DNA of 36,528 nt, taken from positions 1 through 36,528 of the forward strand of contig JANONZ010000283.1 of assembly GCA_031421095.1 (NCBI GenBank), in the 5' to 3' direction. Source of the stretch: Thermomicrobiales bacterium. GTDB taxonomy: Bacteria > Chloroflexota > Limnocylindria > Limnocylindrales > CSP1-4. Within the stretch, counting starts at the first letter, position 1. Every line of letters begins with the position of its first letter. A program made the position numbers and the translations under genes. Below the pieces are notes generated by a model, which made no database searches, had not been told where the DNA came from, and saw only the letters and a program-made list of their open reading frames with translations. Positions 9,559 through 18,366 of the stretch are shown here, in pieces.

Positions 9559-10839
9559 GTGTTCGAATCGCTCCTCAACGCCTTCCGGGCACCGGATATC
9601 CGGCGCCGGATCCTGTACGTCCTTGGGCTGCTGATCGTCTTCCGCCTGCTCGCCGCGGTCCCTGTACCGGGTATCGACAGGCAGCAGCTGGCGGACTTCG
9701 TCAGTGGGAACACGCTGGTCGGACTGCTCGACCTGTTCTCGGGCGGCGGACTATCGAATTTCTCCGTCGTGGCCCTGGGCATGAACCCGTACATCAACTC
9801 GTCGATCATCATGCAGCTGATGTCGGGTGTCGTGCCCTCCCTCCAGGCGCTCAGTCGAGAGGGCGAGTACGGCCGCAACAAGATCAACCAGTACACCCGC
9901 TACCTGACGGTCCCGATGGCCGTCCTGCAGTCGTACGGTGTGCTCGCACTCCTGAACTCGCAGCGCGTCCTGACCGGCACGTTCGACCTGGCCAGCTTCA
10001 CGACACTGACCCAGATGGCGACCCTGACCGCCGGCGCCATCGCCCTCATGTGGGTCGGCGAGCTGATCACTGAGCGTGGTATCGGCAACGGCATCAGCTT
10101 CATCATCTTCGCCGGCATCGTCAGCCTGGCGCCCGGAGCGATCGGCGGCTTCATCAGCAACCCGAACATCACCGTGCTGATCGGCTTCGCGGCCGTCGCC
10201 ATCGCGGCGGTGGCCGTGATCATCTATATCCAGGAGGGCCAGCGCCGGATCCCGATCCAGTACGCCAGCCGCGTCCGCGGCCGGCGGATGTATTCGGGCG
10301 GTCAAACGTTCCTGCCTCTGCGCGTCAACCAGGCTGGCGTGATCCCGATCATCTTTGCAGTGAGCATCCTGCTCTTTCCGCAGCAGCTGGCGTCCTACTT
10401 CACGACCTCGGACATCCAGATCATCAAGGACATCGCGACCGGGATCGTCAGCCTGTTCGACTCGCGTTCGCCGCTGTACGTCGTCCTCTACTTCCTCCTG
10501 ACGATGGGCTTCACGTACTTCTACACGGCCTTCACGTTCAAGCCGGACGAGACAGCCGAGCAGCTCCGAAAGAACGGCGGGTTCATCCCGGGCATCAGGC
10601 CGGGTCGCCCGACGGAGGACTATCTCCGTCGCGTGGTGACCCGGATCACGTTCGCCGGCGCCCTCTTCCTGGCTATCGTGGCGGTCTCGCCATCGGTCCT
10701 CGGACTGCTCGTGCCGGACCTTGCGTCCCTCGCCCTGGGCGGGACCAGCCTGCTCATCGTCGTGTCGGTGGTGGTCGAGACCATGAAGCAGATCGAAGCG
10801 CAGTTGATGATGCGCAACTACGAGGGCTTCATCCGGTGA
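9559..10839 (+). CDS. secY: Preprotein translocase subunit SecY
   Basis: 426 aa polytopic membrane protein. LGMNPYINSSIIMQLM, GELITERGIGNGISFIIFAGI and INQAGVIPIIFA motifs. Position after rplO. Confidence 0.97.
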   Translation: MFESLLNAFRAPDIRRRILYVLGLLIVFRLLAAVPVPGIDRQQLADFVSGNTLVGLLDLFSGGGLSNFSVVALGMNPYINSSIIMQLMSGVVPSLQALSREGEYGRNKINQYTRYLTVPMAVLQSYGVLALLNSQRVLTGTFDLASFTTLTQMATLTAGAIALMWVGELITERGIGNGISFIIFAGIVSLAPGAIGGFISNPNITVLIGFAAVAIAAVAVIIYIQEGQRRIPIQYASRVRGRRMYSGGQTFLPLRVNQAGVIPIIFAVSILLFPQQLASYFTTSDIQIIKDIATGIVSLFDSRSPLYVVLYFLLTMGFTYFYTAFTFKPDETAEQLRKNGGFIPGIRPGRPTEDYLRRVVTRITFAGALFLAIVAVSPSVLGLLVPDLASLALGGTSLLIVVSVVVETMKQIEAQLMMRNYEGFIR

Positions 10840-10948
10840 CGTCGACGAGCGTGGCGGTCAAGCCGGGAGTTGCCGCTTCCGCGCGGGCCCTCAGCCAGGC
10901 TCAAGTGCGGTCATCCTCGGATGGCGGTCGGGTGAGCGCCGGGGTTCG

Positions 10949-11614
10949 ATGACGGTCGTCGTGCTGCTTGGGGCCCCTGGTGCCGGGAAGGGGACTCAGT
11001 CCGCGATCCTGACCCAGGGACTCGGAGTGCCGCACATCTCGACCGGCGACCTGTTCCGGGCCGCCGTTCGGGACGGTTCGGCTATCGGCCTCGAGGCCCG
11101 ACGGTACATGGAGCGGGGCCAGCTGGTCCCGGATGACATCACGATCCAGATGCTTCTGGCCAGGCTCGAGACCGAAGACGCGCGGGGAGGAGCTGTCCTC
11201 GATGGCTTCCCACGCAACCGTCCGCAGGCGGAAGCGCTCGATCGGGCCCTGGCTGATCGAGCGAGTCGGGTGGACCGCGCCCTCCACATCGAGGTGCCGA
11301 TCGACGAGCTCGTCCGGCGGTTGTCGGGCCGCTGGATCTGCGCTGAGTCCGGCCACGTCTACAACGAGCACACCAACCCGCCACTGGAACCCGGCCGGTG
11401 CGATCTCGATGGTTCGCGGCTCATCCAGCGCGCCGACGATCGCGCCGATACGATCCGCGCTCGGCTTGATCAGCAGCTTGGGAGTCTGGGCGACGTTGTC
11501 GACTACTACCGGTCGACAGGCGTTCTGCGGGTCATCGACGGTCTGCGTCCGATCGACGAGGTCACCGGGAGACTGCTGGCCGGGCTGGCCGACGATCCGG
11601 CCGGGACCAGCTGA
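10949..11614 (+). CDS. adk: Adenylate kinase
   Basis: 221 aa. P-loop LLGAPGAGKGTQ, then ISTGDLFR and DGFPRN. A long lid segment is present. Confidence 0.96.
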   Translation: MTVVVLLGAPGAGKGTQSAILTQGLGVPHISTGDLFRAAVRDGSAIGLEARRYMERGQLVPDDITIQMLLARLETEDARGGAVLDGFPRNRPQAEALDRALADRASRVDRALHIEVPIDELVRRLSGRWICAESGHVYNEHTNPPLEPGRCDLDGSRLIQRADDRADTIRARLDQQLGSLGDVVDYYRSTGVLRVIDGLRPIDEVTGRLLAGLADDPAGTS

Positions 11615-12378
11615 TGGTCACCCGCAAGTCACGCTCCGAGATCGAGCGCATGCGCCAGGCGGGCCGGGTCGTGGCCGAGGTCCTCGACAAGATCGAGGCC
11701 GAGCTCCGCCCAGGTGTCTCCACGGCGCACCTCGACGCCCTCGCCGAGGCGCACATCCGTGCGTCCGGCGCGACGCCCTCGTTCAAGGGCTACCCGGGCA
11801 TCAACCCGAAGCGGCCGTTCCCGGCCAGCGTCTGCATCTCCATCGACGACGAGATCGTCCACGGCATCCCAGGTGACCGCGCCATCCGGGCCGGGCAGAT
11901 CGTATCCGTTGACGCTGGGGCCATCCTGGACGGCTGGCATGGCGATGCCGCCCGTACCTTTTACGTGGGCGACCCGCCGCCGGCTGTCGCCCAGCTGATC
12001 GACCTGACGCGCGAGGCGATGCTTGCCGGCATCGCGGCGGCCGTGCCTGGCAACCACATCGATGACATCTCGGCCGCGGTCCAGGCGGTCGCCTCGCGGG
12101 CCGGCCTTGGGATCATCCGCCAGTTCGTGGGCCACGGCATCGGGACCGCCATGCACGAGGAACCGCAGGTCCCCAACTTCCGCACCGGACGCCTCGGCCG
12201 CAAGCTGGAACCCGGCCTGTGCCTTGCGATCGAGCCCATGTTCACGCTCGGTGACTACGACACCCGGATCCTGTCCGACGATTGGACGGTCGCGACGGCT
12301 GACGGTTCATTGGCCGCGCACTTCGAGCATTCCATCGCGGTGACCGAGGACGGCCCGCAGATCCTGACCCTGGCTTGA
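11614..12378 (+). CDS. map: Type I methionine aminopeptidase
   Basis: 254 aa. SVCISIDDEIVHGIP, VSVDAGAILDGWHGDAA, GHGIGTAMHEEPQVPN and FEHSIAVTEDGP metal-ligand motifs. TGATG overlap with adk. Confidence 0.96.
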   Translation: MVTRKSRSEIERMRQAGRVVAEVLDKIEAELRPGVSTAHLDALAEAHIRASGATPSFKGYPGINPKRPFPASVCISIDDEIVHGIPGDRAIRAGQIVSVDAGAILDGWHGDAARTFYVGDPPPAVAQLIDLTREAMLAGIAAAVPGNHIDDISAAVQAVASRAGLGIIRQFVGHGIGTAMHEEPQVPNFRTGRLGRKLEPGLCLAIEPMFTLGDYDTRILSDDWTVATADGSLAAHFEHSIAVTEDGPQILTLA

Positions 12379-12402
12379 GCCGACACTGGCTTCAGTTCAC
12401 GG

Positions 12403-12431
12403 TTGCCGGGATCGAGCATGTTTGATACGCT
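12403..12431 (+). promoter_or_regulatory. Candidate sigma-70-type internal promoter for infA
   Basis: TTGCCG (12403-12408), a 17-nt spacer, then the extended -10 TGaTACGCT (12423-12431). It lies in the least GC-rich patch of the 117-nt map-infA spacer. Motif match only. Confidence 0.3.
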
Positions 12432-12441
12432 ACACGTTCCT

Positions 12442-12465
12442 GTGTCGGCCCGTCCGGGCCGACAC
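12442..12465 (+). promoter_or_regulatory. Perfect 10-bp stem / 4-nt loop hairpin in the infA leader
   Basis: GTGTCGGCCC (12442-12451), loop GTCC, then GGGCCGACAC (12456-12465); I checked it base by base. No U-tract follows. The SD-like AAAGGGAAG lies downstream, before GTG 12496. Confidence 0.6.
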
Positions 12466-12495
12466 TCCGCGTGAGAAAGGGAAGCACGTAGACCT

Positions 12496-12714
12496 GTGGC
12501 CAAGCGAGATGCGATCGAAGTCGAGGGGACGGTCATCGAACCGCTCCCGAACACCATGTTCGCAGTCGAGCTGGAGAATGGCCACCGGGTGCTAGCCCAC
12601 ATCAGCGGCAAGCTGCGGATGAATTTCATCCGGATCCTGCCAGGTGACCGCGTCCGCGTCGAGTTGTCGCCGTACGACCTGACACGCGGCCGCATCACGT
12701 ACCGACTCAAATGA
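12496..12714 (+). CDS. infA: Translation initiation factor IF-1
   Basis: 72 aa, GTG start. [69 protein letters not shown]. Confidence 0.97.
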   Translation: MAKRDAIEVEGTVIEPLPNTMFAVELENGHRVLAHISGKLRMNFIRILPGDRVRVELSPYDLTRGRITYRLK

Positions 12715-12745
12715 TCGCCACCCACACGACACGATCGAGGATCCG

Positions 12746-12859
12746 TTGAAAGTCAGAGCCTCCGTCAAGGCGCGCTGCGACAACTGCAAGGTCATCCGTC
12801 GCCATGGCGCCGTGATGGTCATCTGCATCAATCCCAAGCACAAGCAGCGGCAGGGGTAA
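12746..12859 (+). CDS. rpmJ: 50S ribosomal protein L36 (Cys/His zinc form); not in the ORF track
   Basis: Read by hand. TTG 12746 follows a GAGGA Shine-Dalgarno at 12736-12740. Translation is (M)[36 protein letters not shown], with TAA at 12857-12859. Canonical position between infA and rpsM. Confidence 0.93.
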   Translation: MKVRASVKARCDNCKVIRRHGAVMVICINPKHKQRQG

Positions 12860-12862
12860 CCG

Positions 12863-13234
12863 ATGGCACGAATCGCCGGCGTCGACATCCCGCGCGAGAA
12901 GCGGGTCGAGGTCGCCCTCACCTACGTCTTCGGGATCGGTCTGCCCACCAGCCAGAAGATCCTCGCCCAGACGAACATCAACCCGGACACCCGGGTGCGC
13001 GACCTGACCGAAGAGCAGGTCAATCGGCTGCGCGAAGTGATCGATCGGCGTCACAAGGTCGAAGGAGACCTGCGCCGCGAGGTCGCACTCAACATCAAGC
13101 GACTCATCGAGATCGGCTCGTACCGCGGTCTGCGCCATCGGCGCAACCTGCCGGTGCGCGGCCAGCGGACCAAGACCAACGCTCGCCAGCGTCGCGGACC
13201 GAAGAAGACGGTCGGCGTCCGGCGCAAGAAGTGA
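12863..13234 (+). CDS. rpsM: 30S ribosomal protein S13
   Basis: 123 aa. [26 protein letters not shown] and [23 protein letters not shown]. Confidence 0.97.
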   Translation: MARIAGVDIPREKRVEVALTYVFGIGLPTSQKILAQTNINPDTRVRDLTEEQVNRLREVIDRRHKVEGDLRREVALNIKRLIEIGSYRGLRHRRNLPVRGQRTKTNARQRRGPKKTVGVRRKK

Positions 13235-13251
13235 CGAGGGACTGACCAGGC

Positions 13252-13647
13252 ATGGCGGAACGCAAGCGAGCGGTCAAGCAGCGTCGTCGGGAGAAGAAGA
13301 ACGTCCCCCAGGGGCACGTCCACATCCAGGCCACGTTCAACAATACGATCATCACGATCACCGACCTCAACGGTGCGGTCATCAGCTGGGGCTCTGCCGG
13401 CGTCGCCGGCTTCAAGGGCTCCCGCAAGAGCACGCCCTATGCGGCGGCCCTGTCGGCTGAAGGGGCGGCCAAGCGCGCCATGGAGCATGGCATGCGTCAG
13501 GTCGAGGTCTACGTGAAGGGTCCGGGCGCCGGCCGCGAGCAGGCGATCCGATCGCTCCAGGCGGCCGGCCTCGAGGTCAACGCCATCACTGATGTCACCC
13601 CGATCCCACACAACGGTTGCCGCCCACCCAAGCGCCGCCGCGTCTGA
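13252..13647 (+). CDS. rpsK: 30S ribosomal protein S11
   Basis: 131 aa. [43 protein letters not shown] and [19 protein letters not shown]. Confidence 0.97.
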   Translation: MAERKRAVKQRRREKKNVPQGHVHIQATFNNTIITITDLNGAVISWGSAGVAGFKGSRKSTPYAAALSAEGAAKRAMEHGMRQVEVYVKGPGAGREQAIRSLQAAGLEVNAITDVTPIPHNGCRPPKRRRV

Positions 13648-13660
13648 GCCCTGAGGACCC

Positions 13661-14287
13661 ATGGCCCGTTACACCGCATCCGTCTGTCGCCTCTGCCGCC
13701 GGGAGGGAGCCAAGCTCTTCCTGAAGGGCAGTCGCTGCTATTCCAAGAAGTGCTCCTTCGAGCGTCGTCCGACGCCGCCCGGCCAGCACGGCGTGCGCCG
13801 GCGCAAGGTCGGCGAGTACGGGCTCCAGCTTCGCGAGAAGCAGAAGGTCCGCCGAACCTACGGCGTCCTCGAGCGCCAGTTCCGCAACTATTTCATCCAC
13901 GCCGAGACCACGCCCGGCGTGACGGGCGAGAACCTGCTCCGGTCCTTGGAATTGCGCCTCGACAACGTCGTGTACCGGATGGGGATCGCCTCGTCCCGCG
14001 CACAGGCGCGCCACTTCGTCTGCCACGGCCACTTCTCCGTCAACGGTCGTCCCACGAACATCGCCTCGTACCAGCTCAAGCCGGGCGACAAGGTCGAAGT
14101 CCGTGAGACGCATCGCGCTCGTGAGCCGTTCAAGATCGCCAAGGAAACGCTTCGTTCGCACCAGGCGCCGGAGTGGCTGACGGTGGATCCCGCCAGTCTC
14201 AGCGGAGCCATCGTTGCGCCGCCATCCCGCGACCAGATGCCGCTCGATCTCAACGAGCAGCTCGTGGTCGAGTACTACTCGAGGTAA
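13661..14287 (+). CDS. rpsD: 30S ribosomal protein S4
   Basis: 208 aa. [49 protein letters not shown], and an S4 RNA-binding domain [24 protein letters not shown]. Confidence 0.97.
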   Translation: MARYTASVCRLCRREGAKLFLKGSRCYSKKCSFERRPTPPGQHGVRRRKVGEYGLQLREKQKVRRTYGVLERQFRNYFIHAETTPGVTGENLLRSLELRLDNVVYRMGIASSRAQARHFVCHGHFSVNGRPTNIASYQLKPGDKVEVRETHRAREPFKIAKETLRSHQAPEWLTVDPASLSGAIVAPPSRDQMPLDLNEQLVVEYYSR

Positions 14288-14296
14288 TCCGCCCAC

Positions 14297-15289
14297 ATGA
14301 TCGAACTCGAGACCCCGCAGATCGAGCCTGTCGAGGAAGCCGGCACGTACGCCAAGTATGAGGCGGGCCCACTTCAGGCCGGCTACGGCGTCACCCTCGG
14401 TAACGCCCTTCGACGTGTCCTCCTGTCGTCGCTGGAGGGTGCTGCCGTCACGAGCATCCAGATCCGCGACATCTACCAGGAGTTCTCAACGATCCCCGGC
14501 GTCAAGGAAGACGTCACCCAGATCGTCCTGAACATCAAGAAGCTGCGGCTCAAGAGCTACGCTGCCCATCCGGTCCAGCTTCGCCTGATCAAGAGCGGCG
14601 CAGGAGCCGTCACGGCCGCCGACATCGCCGAATCGGCCGACGTCGAGATCGTCAGCCCGGACCTCGTCCTGATGACGCTCGATACAGACGACGTCACGAT
14701 CGAACTTGACCTGACCGTCGAGCGCGGGGTCGGCTACCTGGGCGCAGAGCGCGCCGAAGCGCTGCCGATCGGAGTCATCGCGGTCGATGCCATCTTCACC
14801 CCGGTCCGCAAGATCAACTACTGGGTAGAGAGCATGCGAGTCGGTCAGATGACCAACTACGACAAGCTCACGATAGAGATCGAGACTGACGGGACGATCA
14901 CCCCGGAGGAAGCGCTGAGCCGCTCGGCCGAGATCCTGGTCAACCAGTTCCGCCCGTTCGTGACCATCGGGATGGCGGCCATCCCGGCTGCCGCGACGCC
15001 CGGCGTGGCGGCCCTGCCGTCGAACATCCTGGACATGCCCATCGAGGAACTCGACCTCCCGATGCGCGCCTACAACTCACTCAAGCGCAACAACATCGTC
15101 AAGGTCGGACAGCTGCTCCAGCTGAAGGACGACGACCTGCTGCGCATGCGCAACTTCGGCAAGAAGTCGCTCGACGAGATGAAGGAGCGCCTGCGCATGC
15201 GCGGGTTCATCGTGCCGGAGACCGAGAGCGACGGCCCCGATGACGACGCCGGCGGCGACCAGCCGTCGGACGACGAGGCGGAGGACTGA
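14297..15289 (+). CDS. rpoA: DNA-directed RNA polymerase subunit alpha
   Basis: 330 aa. GYGVTLGNALRRVLLSSLEGAAVTS, and a CTD with LDLPMRAYNSLKRNNI..VGQL......LLRMRNFGKKSLDE. Acidic C-terminal tail. Confidence 0.97.
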   Translation: MIELETPQIEPVEEAGTYAKYEAGPLQAGYGVTLGNALRRVLLSSLEGAAVTSIQIRDIYQEFSTIPGVKEDVTQIVLNIKKLRLKSYAAHPVQLRLIKSGAGAVTAADIAESADVEIVSPDLVLMTLDTDDVTIELDLTVERGVGYLGAERAEALPIGVIAVDAIFTPVRKINYWVESMRVGQMTNYDKLTIEIETDGTITPEEALSRSAEILVNQFRPFVTIGMAAIPAAATPGVAALPSNILDMPIEELDLPMRAYNSLKRNNIVKVGQLLQLKDDDLLRMRNFGKKSLDEMKERLRMRGFIVPETESDGPDDDAGGDQPSDDEAED

Positions 15290-15292
15290 GCG

Positions 15293-15646
15293 ATGGCGCA
15301 TCGCATCGGTGGCCGCAAGCTCAGCCGCAAGCAGGGTCCTCGGCTCAGCCTCTTCAAGAACCTGACCGTATCGGTCCTTCGATACGAGCGGGTGAAGACG
15401 ACTGAGGCGAAGGCAAAGGAGATCTCCGGGCGAGTCGAGAAGATGATCACATTGGCCAAGCGTGGTGACCTCACCGCGCGCCGCGCGGTCGTCGCCCAGT
15501 TTCCGAATGAGCCACTCGTGGTGGCCAAGCTGTTCGATGAGATCGGACCCAAATACGCAGACCGGACGTCCGGCTTCACCCGGATCGTCCGACTCGGACA
15601 GCGCCGAGGCGATGCCGCCGAGATCGTCCAGATCGAGCTCGTTTAA
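15293..15646 (+). CDS. rplQ: 50S ribosomal protein L17
   Basis: 117 aa. MAHRIGGRKLSRKQGPRLSLFKNL..S.L.YERVKTTEAKAKE and GFTRIVRLGQRRGDAAE. Confidence 0.96.
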   Translation: MAHRIGGRKLSRKQGPRLSLFKNLTVSVLRYERVKTTEAKAKEISGRVEKMITLAKRGDLTARRAVVAQFPNEPLVVAKLFDEIGPKYADRTSGFTRIVRLGQRRGDAAEIVQIELV

Positions 15647-15674
15647 CACAGCAGGCGCTCGAGAGGGCGCCCCC

Positions 15675-16439
15675 GTGCGCTATCGCGCTCGGGTCGAATA
15701 TGACGGCACGGACTTTGCCGGGTTTCAGGTGCAACCTGGACTCCGGACGGTCCAGGGGGTTCTGGAGACCGCACTGGCCCGCCTCGGCAACGGGGTGGAG
15801 CAGCGGGTCGATGGGGCAGGCCGGACGGATGCCGGCGTACATGCCAGGGGACAGGTGATCGCCTTCACCTATGCCGGGCGGCTCGCCGCGATGGACCTGG
15901 GTCGGGCGCTAGATGCGCTCCTCCCACCGGACGTGGCGGTGCGTGATGTACGATCGGCGCCGGATGGGTTCAATCCCCGCTATGCGGCGCGGTACCGGGA
16001 GTACCGCTACACCGTTTGGAACGGGCCGCGCAGTCCACTGCACGAGCGTACTGCGCTCGGGTTGAGGGCCCCACTCGACACCGCCGCGATGGCGCGGGCC
16101 GGGTCAGCCTTCATCGGCCGACACGACTTCAGCACCTTCGGGGCGGCGGGCCGAACGTCGGTCCGGACCGTGATATCGGTCCGGGTCAGGCGGGAGGGCA
16201 GGCTTGTGACGATCGACGTCCGGGCCGACGCCTTCCTGCGCGGGATGGTCCGCCGGATGGTGGCCGTCCTCCTGGAGGTCGGCCTGGGCAAGATGGAAGA
16301 GACAGCGGTCCGGACGGCACTAGCCGGTCCGGGACCGGCCCTCGATGGGGCAGCTGCCCCGGCAAAGGGGTTGTGCCTCACACGAGTCGCCCTCGGGCGA
16401 TCGTCGGGCGAACCGAACGGAGAACACGAGGAACGATGA
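15675..16439 (+). CDS. truA: tRNA pseudouridine(38-40) synthase TruA
   Basis: Start placed at GTG 15675, giving VRYRARVEYDGTDFAGFQVQPG.RTVQG.LE.AL. The catalytic-Asp motif GAGRTDAGVHARGQV is present. The upstream part of track ORF 15462.. overlaps rplQ out of frame. Confidence 0.92.
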   Translation: MRYRARVEYDGTDFAGFQVQPGLRTVQGVLETALARLGNGVEQRVDGAGRTDAGVHARGQVIAFTYAGRLAAMDLGRALDALLPPDVAVRDVRSAPDGFNPRYAARYREYRYTVWNGPRSPLHERTALGLRAPLDTAAMARAGSAFIGRHDFSTFGAAGRTSVRTVISVRVRREGRLVTIDVRADAFLRGMVRRMVAVLLEVGLGKMEETAVRTALAGPGPALDGAAAPAKGLCLTRVALGRSSGEPNGEHEER

Positions 16440-16867
16440 ACGCGAAGACCTATTCGGTCCGGGAGAGCGAGATCGTGCGACGTTGGTACGTCGTCGATGC
16501 GACGGACGAGACGCTCGGCCGCCTCGCTTCGCGCATCGCGCACGTCCTCGAGGGCAAGCACAAGCCCACCTACCAGCCAAGTCTGGACTCGGGCGATCAC
16601 GTGATCGTCCTCAACTGCTCGCGCATCGCTGTCACCAGCGACAAGCTCGAAAGCAAGCTTTACAGCCGCCACAGCGGTTATCCCGCCGGCTTCAAGCAGG
16701 AGACCCTGGGTCACCTGCTTGCGCGACGACCTGAAGAGGTCATCCGCCGGGCCGTCAAGGGGATGCTGCCGCACAACCGACTCGGCACCCAGCAGCTGCG
16801 GAAGCTGAAGATCTACGCTGGGTCCGACCATCCGCATCAGGCCCAAGGGCCTGAGCCGCTCGCCTGA
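16436..16867 (+). CDS. rplM: 50S ribosomal protein L13
   Basis: Start placed at ATG 16436 (ATGA overlap with the truA stop), giving [46 protein letters not shown] (143 aa). The track ORF from 16016 is an out-of-frame read through truA. Confidence 0.95.
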   Translation: MNAKTYSVRESEIVRRWYVVDATDETLGRLASRIAHVLEGKHKPTYQPSLDSGDHVIVLNCSRIAVTSDKLESKLYSRHSGYPAGFKQETLGHLLARRPEEVIRRAVKGMLPHNRLGTQQLRKLKIYAGSDHPHQAQGPEPLA

Positions 16868-16884
16868 CCAGGAGCCCACCGCCG

Positions 16885-17283
16885 ATGTCGATCCCCGCTT
16901 TCTATTCAGGGACCGGTCGCCGCAAGACCGCCATCGCCCGCGTCCGGCTACTGCCGGGCGAGGGTGAGATCGTGGTCAATGGCCGAACGCTCGAGGAGCA
17001 CTTCGGCAACGCGGTCAACGAGTCCGAAGTTCGCATGCCCTTCCGGGTGACCGGGACCGAGGGCCGATTCAACGTGATGGTCAAGGTCGAGGGCGGTGGC
17101 GTCACCGGCCAGGCCGGCGCGATCCGTCACGGCATCGCCCGGGCGCTCCTTGAGCTCGATCCCGAAGGCCATCGTCTGCCCCTCCGCCAGGCCGGGTTGC
17201 TGACACGCGATCCGCGCATGAAGGAGCGCAAGAAGTACGGCCTCAAGCGGGCGCGCAAGGCGCCGCAGTACACCAAGCGCTAG
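16885..17283 (+). CDS. rpsI: 30S ribosomal protein S9
   Basis: 132 aa. [22 protein letters not shown] and [18 protein letters not shown]......[27 protein letters not shown]. Confidence 0.97.
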   Translation: MSIPAFYSGTGRRKTAIARVRLLPGEGEIVVNGRTLEEHFGNAVNESEVRMPFRVTGTEGRFNVMVKVEGGGVTGQAGAIRHGIARALLELDPEGHRLPLRQAGLLTRDPRMKERKKYGLKRARKAPQYTKR

Positions 17284-17370
17284 TCGCGCCTGCGCGGCAG
17301 CCCATGCCTGCGTCGACGACGCCGCTCCGCCGCTCACACACCCCACGCGCGCTCGTTCGCGTGCTTACCA

Positions 17371-17397
17371 CCGCCTTGGCCTGAACGGCCGAGGCGG
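17371..17397 (+). promoter_or_regulatory. 11-bp stem-loop between rpsI and argF (terminator-like or SD-sequestering)
   Basis: CCGCCTTGGCC, loop TGAAC, then GGCCGAGGCGG; there is one U-G wobble and the rest is Watson-Crick. The 3' arm contains GAGG about 12 nt upstream of the argF ATG at 17407. No U-tract. Confidence 0.4.
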
Positions 17398-17406
17398 GCG
17401 CTCCTG

Positions 17407-18366
17407 ATGACGACCTCCGGACCGCTCCGCGGTCGCGACCTGTTGAGCGTCGCGGACCTGTCGGCGACGGAGGTCGTTCATGTGTTCGAGACGGCCGCAG
17501 GACTGAAGGCGGAATACCGCGCGACGCGTCGTCATGCCGTCCCGCCGCTGGCCGGACGGACCCTGGCCATGCTCTTCCAGAAGCCCAGCCTTCGGACGCG
17601 GGTGACCTTCGAAGCGGGCATGGCCCAACTGGGTGGGCATGCGATCTACCTGACTCACGACGTCGTGCTTGGCGCCCGCGAGAGCGTCCGCGACGTCGCC
17701 CGAAACCTTGACCGGTTCGTCGACTGCATCGTCGTTCGGACCGGACCGCACGAAGTAGCGGTCGAACTGGCCGCGCAGGCGGACATCCCCGTCATCAACG
17801 GGCTGACCCTCCGCGAACACCCGTGCCAGGCCCTCGCCGACGTCTTCACGATGCAGGAGCGCTTCGGGCGGCTGGAGGGCCTCGTCGTCGCATTCGTCGG
17901 TGACGGCAACAACGTCTATCACTCACTGGCGCTGCTGGGGGCCGGGCTCGGGATGGAGATCCGGCTCGCTCATCCGCCCGGCTACGCTCCCAACGAGCGA
18001 CTGGTTGCGCGCGCCGCCGAGCTGGGTGCTGGCTCCGGGGGACGCTTGACCTTCACCCACGACCCGCTCGAGGCCGTCCGAGGTGCCTCAGTGGTCTATA
18101 CCGACGCGTGGACTTCCATGGGCCAGGAGGCGGAGGCCGAGGAACGACGCGACGCGTTCGCCGGCTACCAGCTGAACGACGATCTCCTCGATGCCGCCGG
18201 TCCGGACGCGGTCGCGATGCACTGCCTCCCTGCCCACCGAGGCGAGGAGATCACGGCGTCTGTCATGGATGGTCCGCGTGCCCTCATCTGGGACCAATCG
18301 GAGAATCGGTTGCATGTGCAGAAGGCACTCCTGGTGGAGGTCCTGGCGGGGGCGGGCGGGGCATGA
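17407..18366 (+). CDS. argF: Ornithine carbamoyltransferase (solitary; no other arg genes in the window)
   Basis: 319 aa. Carbamoyl-phosphate motif SLRTR, HPCQALAD, DAWTSMGQE and HCLPAHRGEE match my recollection of the OTCase rather than the ATCase pattern. Confidence 0.85.
   Translation: MTTSGPLRGRDLLSVADLSATEVVHVFETAAGLKAEYRATRRHAVPPLAGRTLAMLFQKPSLRTRVTFEAGMAQLGGHAIYLTHDVVLGARESVRDVARNLDRFVDCIVVRTGPHEVAVELAAQADIPVINGLTLREHPCQALADVFTMQERFGRLEGLVVAFVGDGNNVYHSLALLGAGLGMEIRLAHPPGYAPNERLVARAAELGAGSGGRLTFTHDPLEAVRGASVVYTDAWTSMGQEAEAEERRDAFAGYQLNDDLLDAAGPDAVAMHCLPAHRGEEITASVMDGPRALIWDQSENRLHVQKALLVEVLAGAGGA

Noticed and set aside
10840-10948. The 109-nt secY-adk spacer as a possible ncRNA, a small ORF or an earlier adk start.
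   Set aside because: I found no stable hairpin of 7 bp or more, no promoter-like hexamers and no in-frame upstream start; GTG 10931 runs into the TGA at 10949-10951 that overlaps the adk ATG. MTVVVLLGAPGAGKGTQ is already a canonical Adk N-terminus.
17304-17384. A 26-codon uORF (MPASTTPLRRSHTPRALVRVLTTALA) in the rpsI-argF spacer. Its stop falls in the loop of the 17371-17397 hairpin, so it could be an arginine-sensing leader peptide.
   Set aside because: There is no Shine-Dalgarno or promoter signal in front of it. It has only scattered Arg codons (no tandem run beyond RR). High third-position G/C is uninformative in this genome. I cannot support it from sequence alone.
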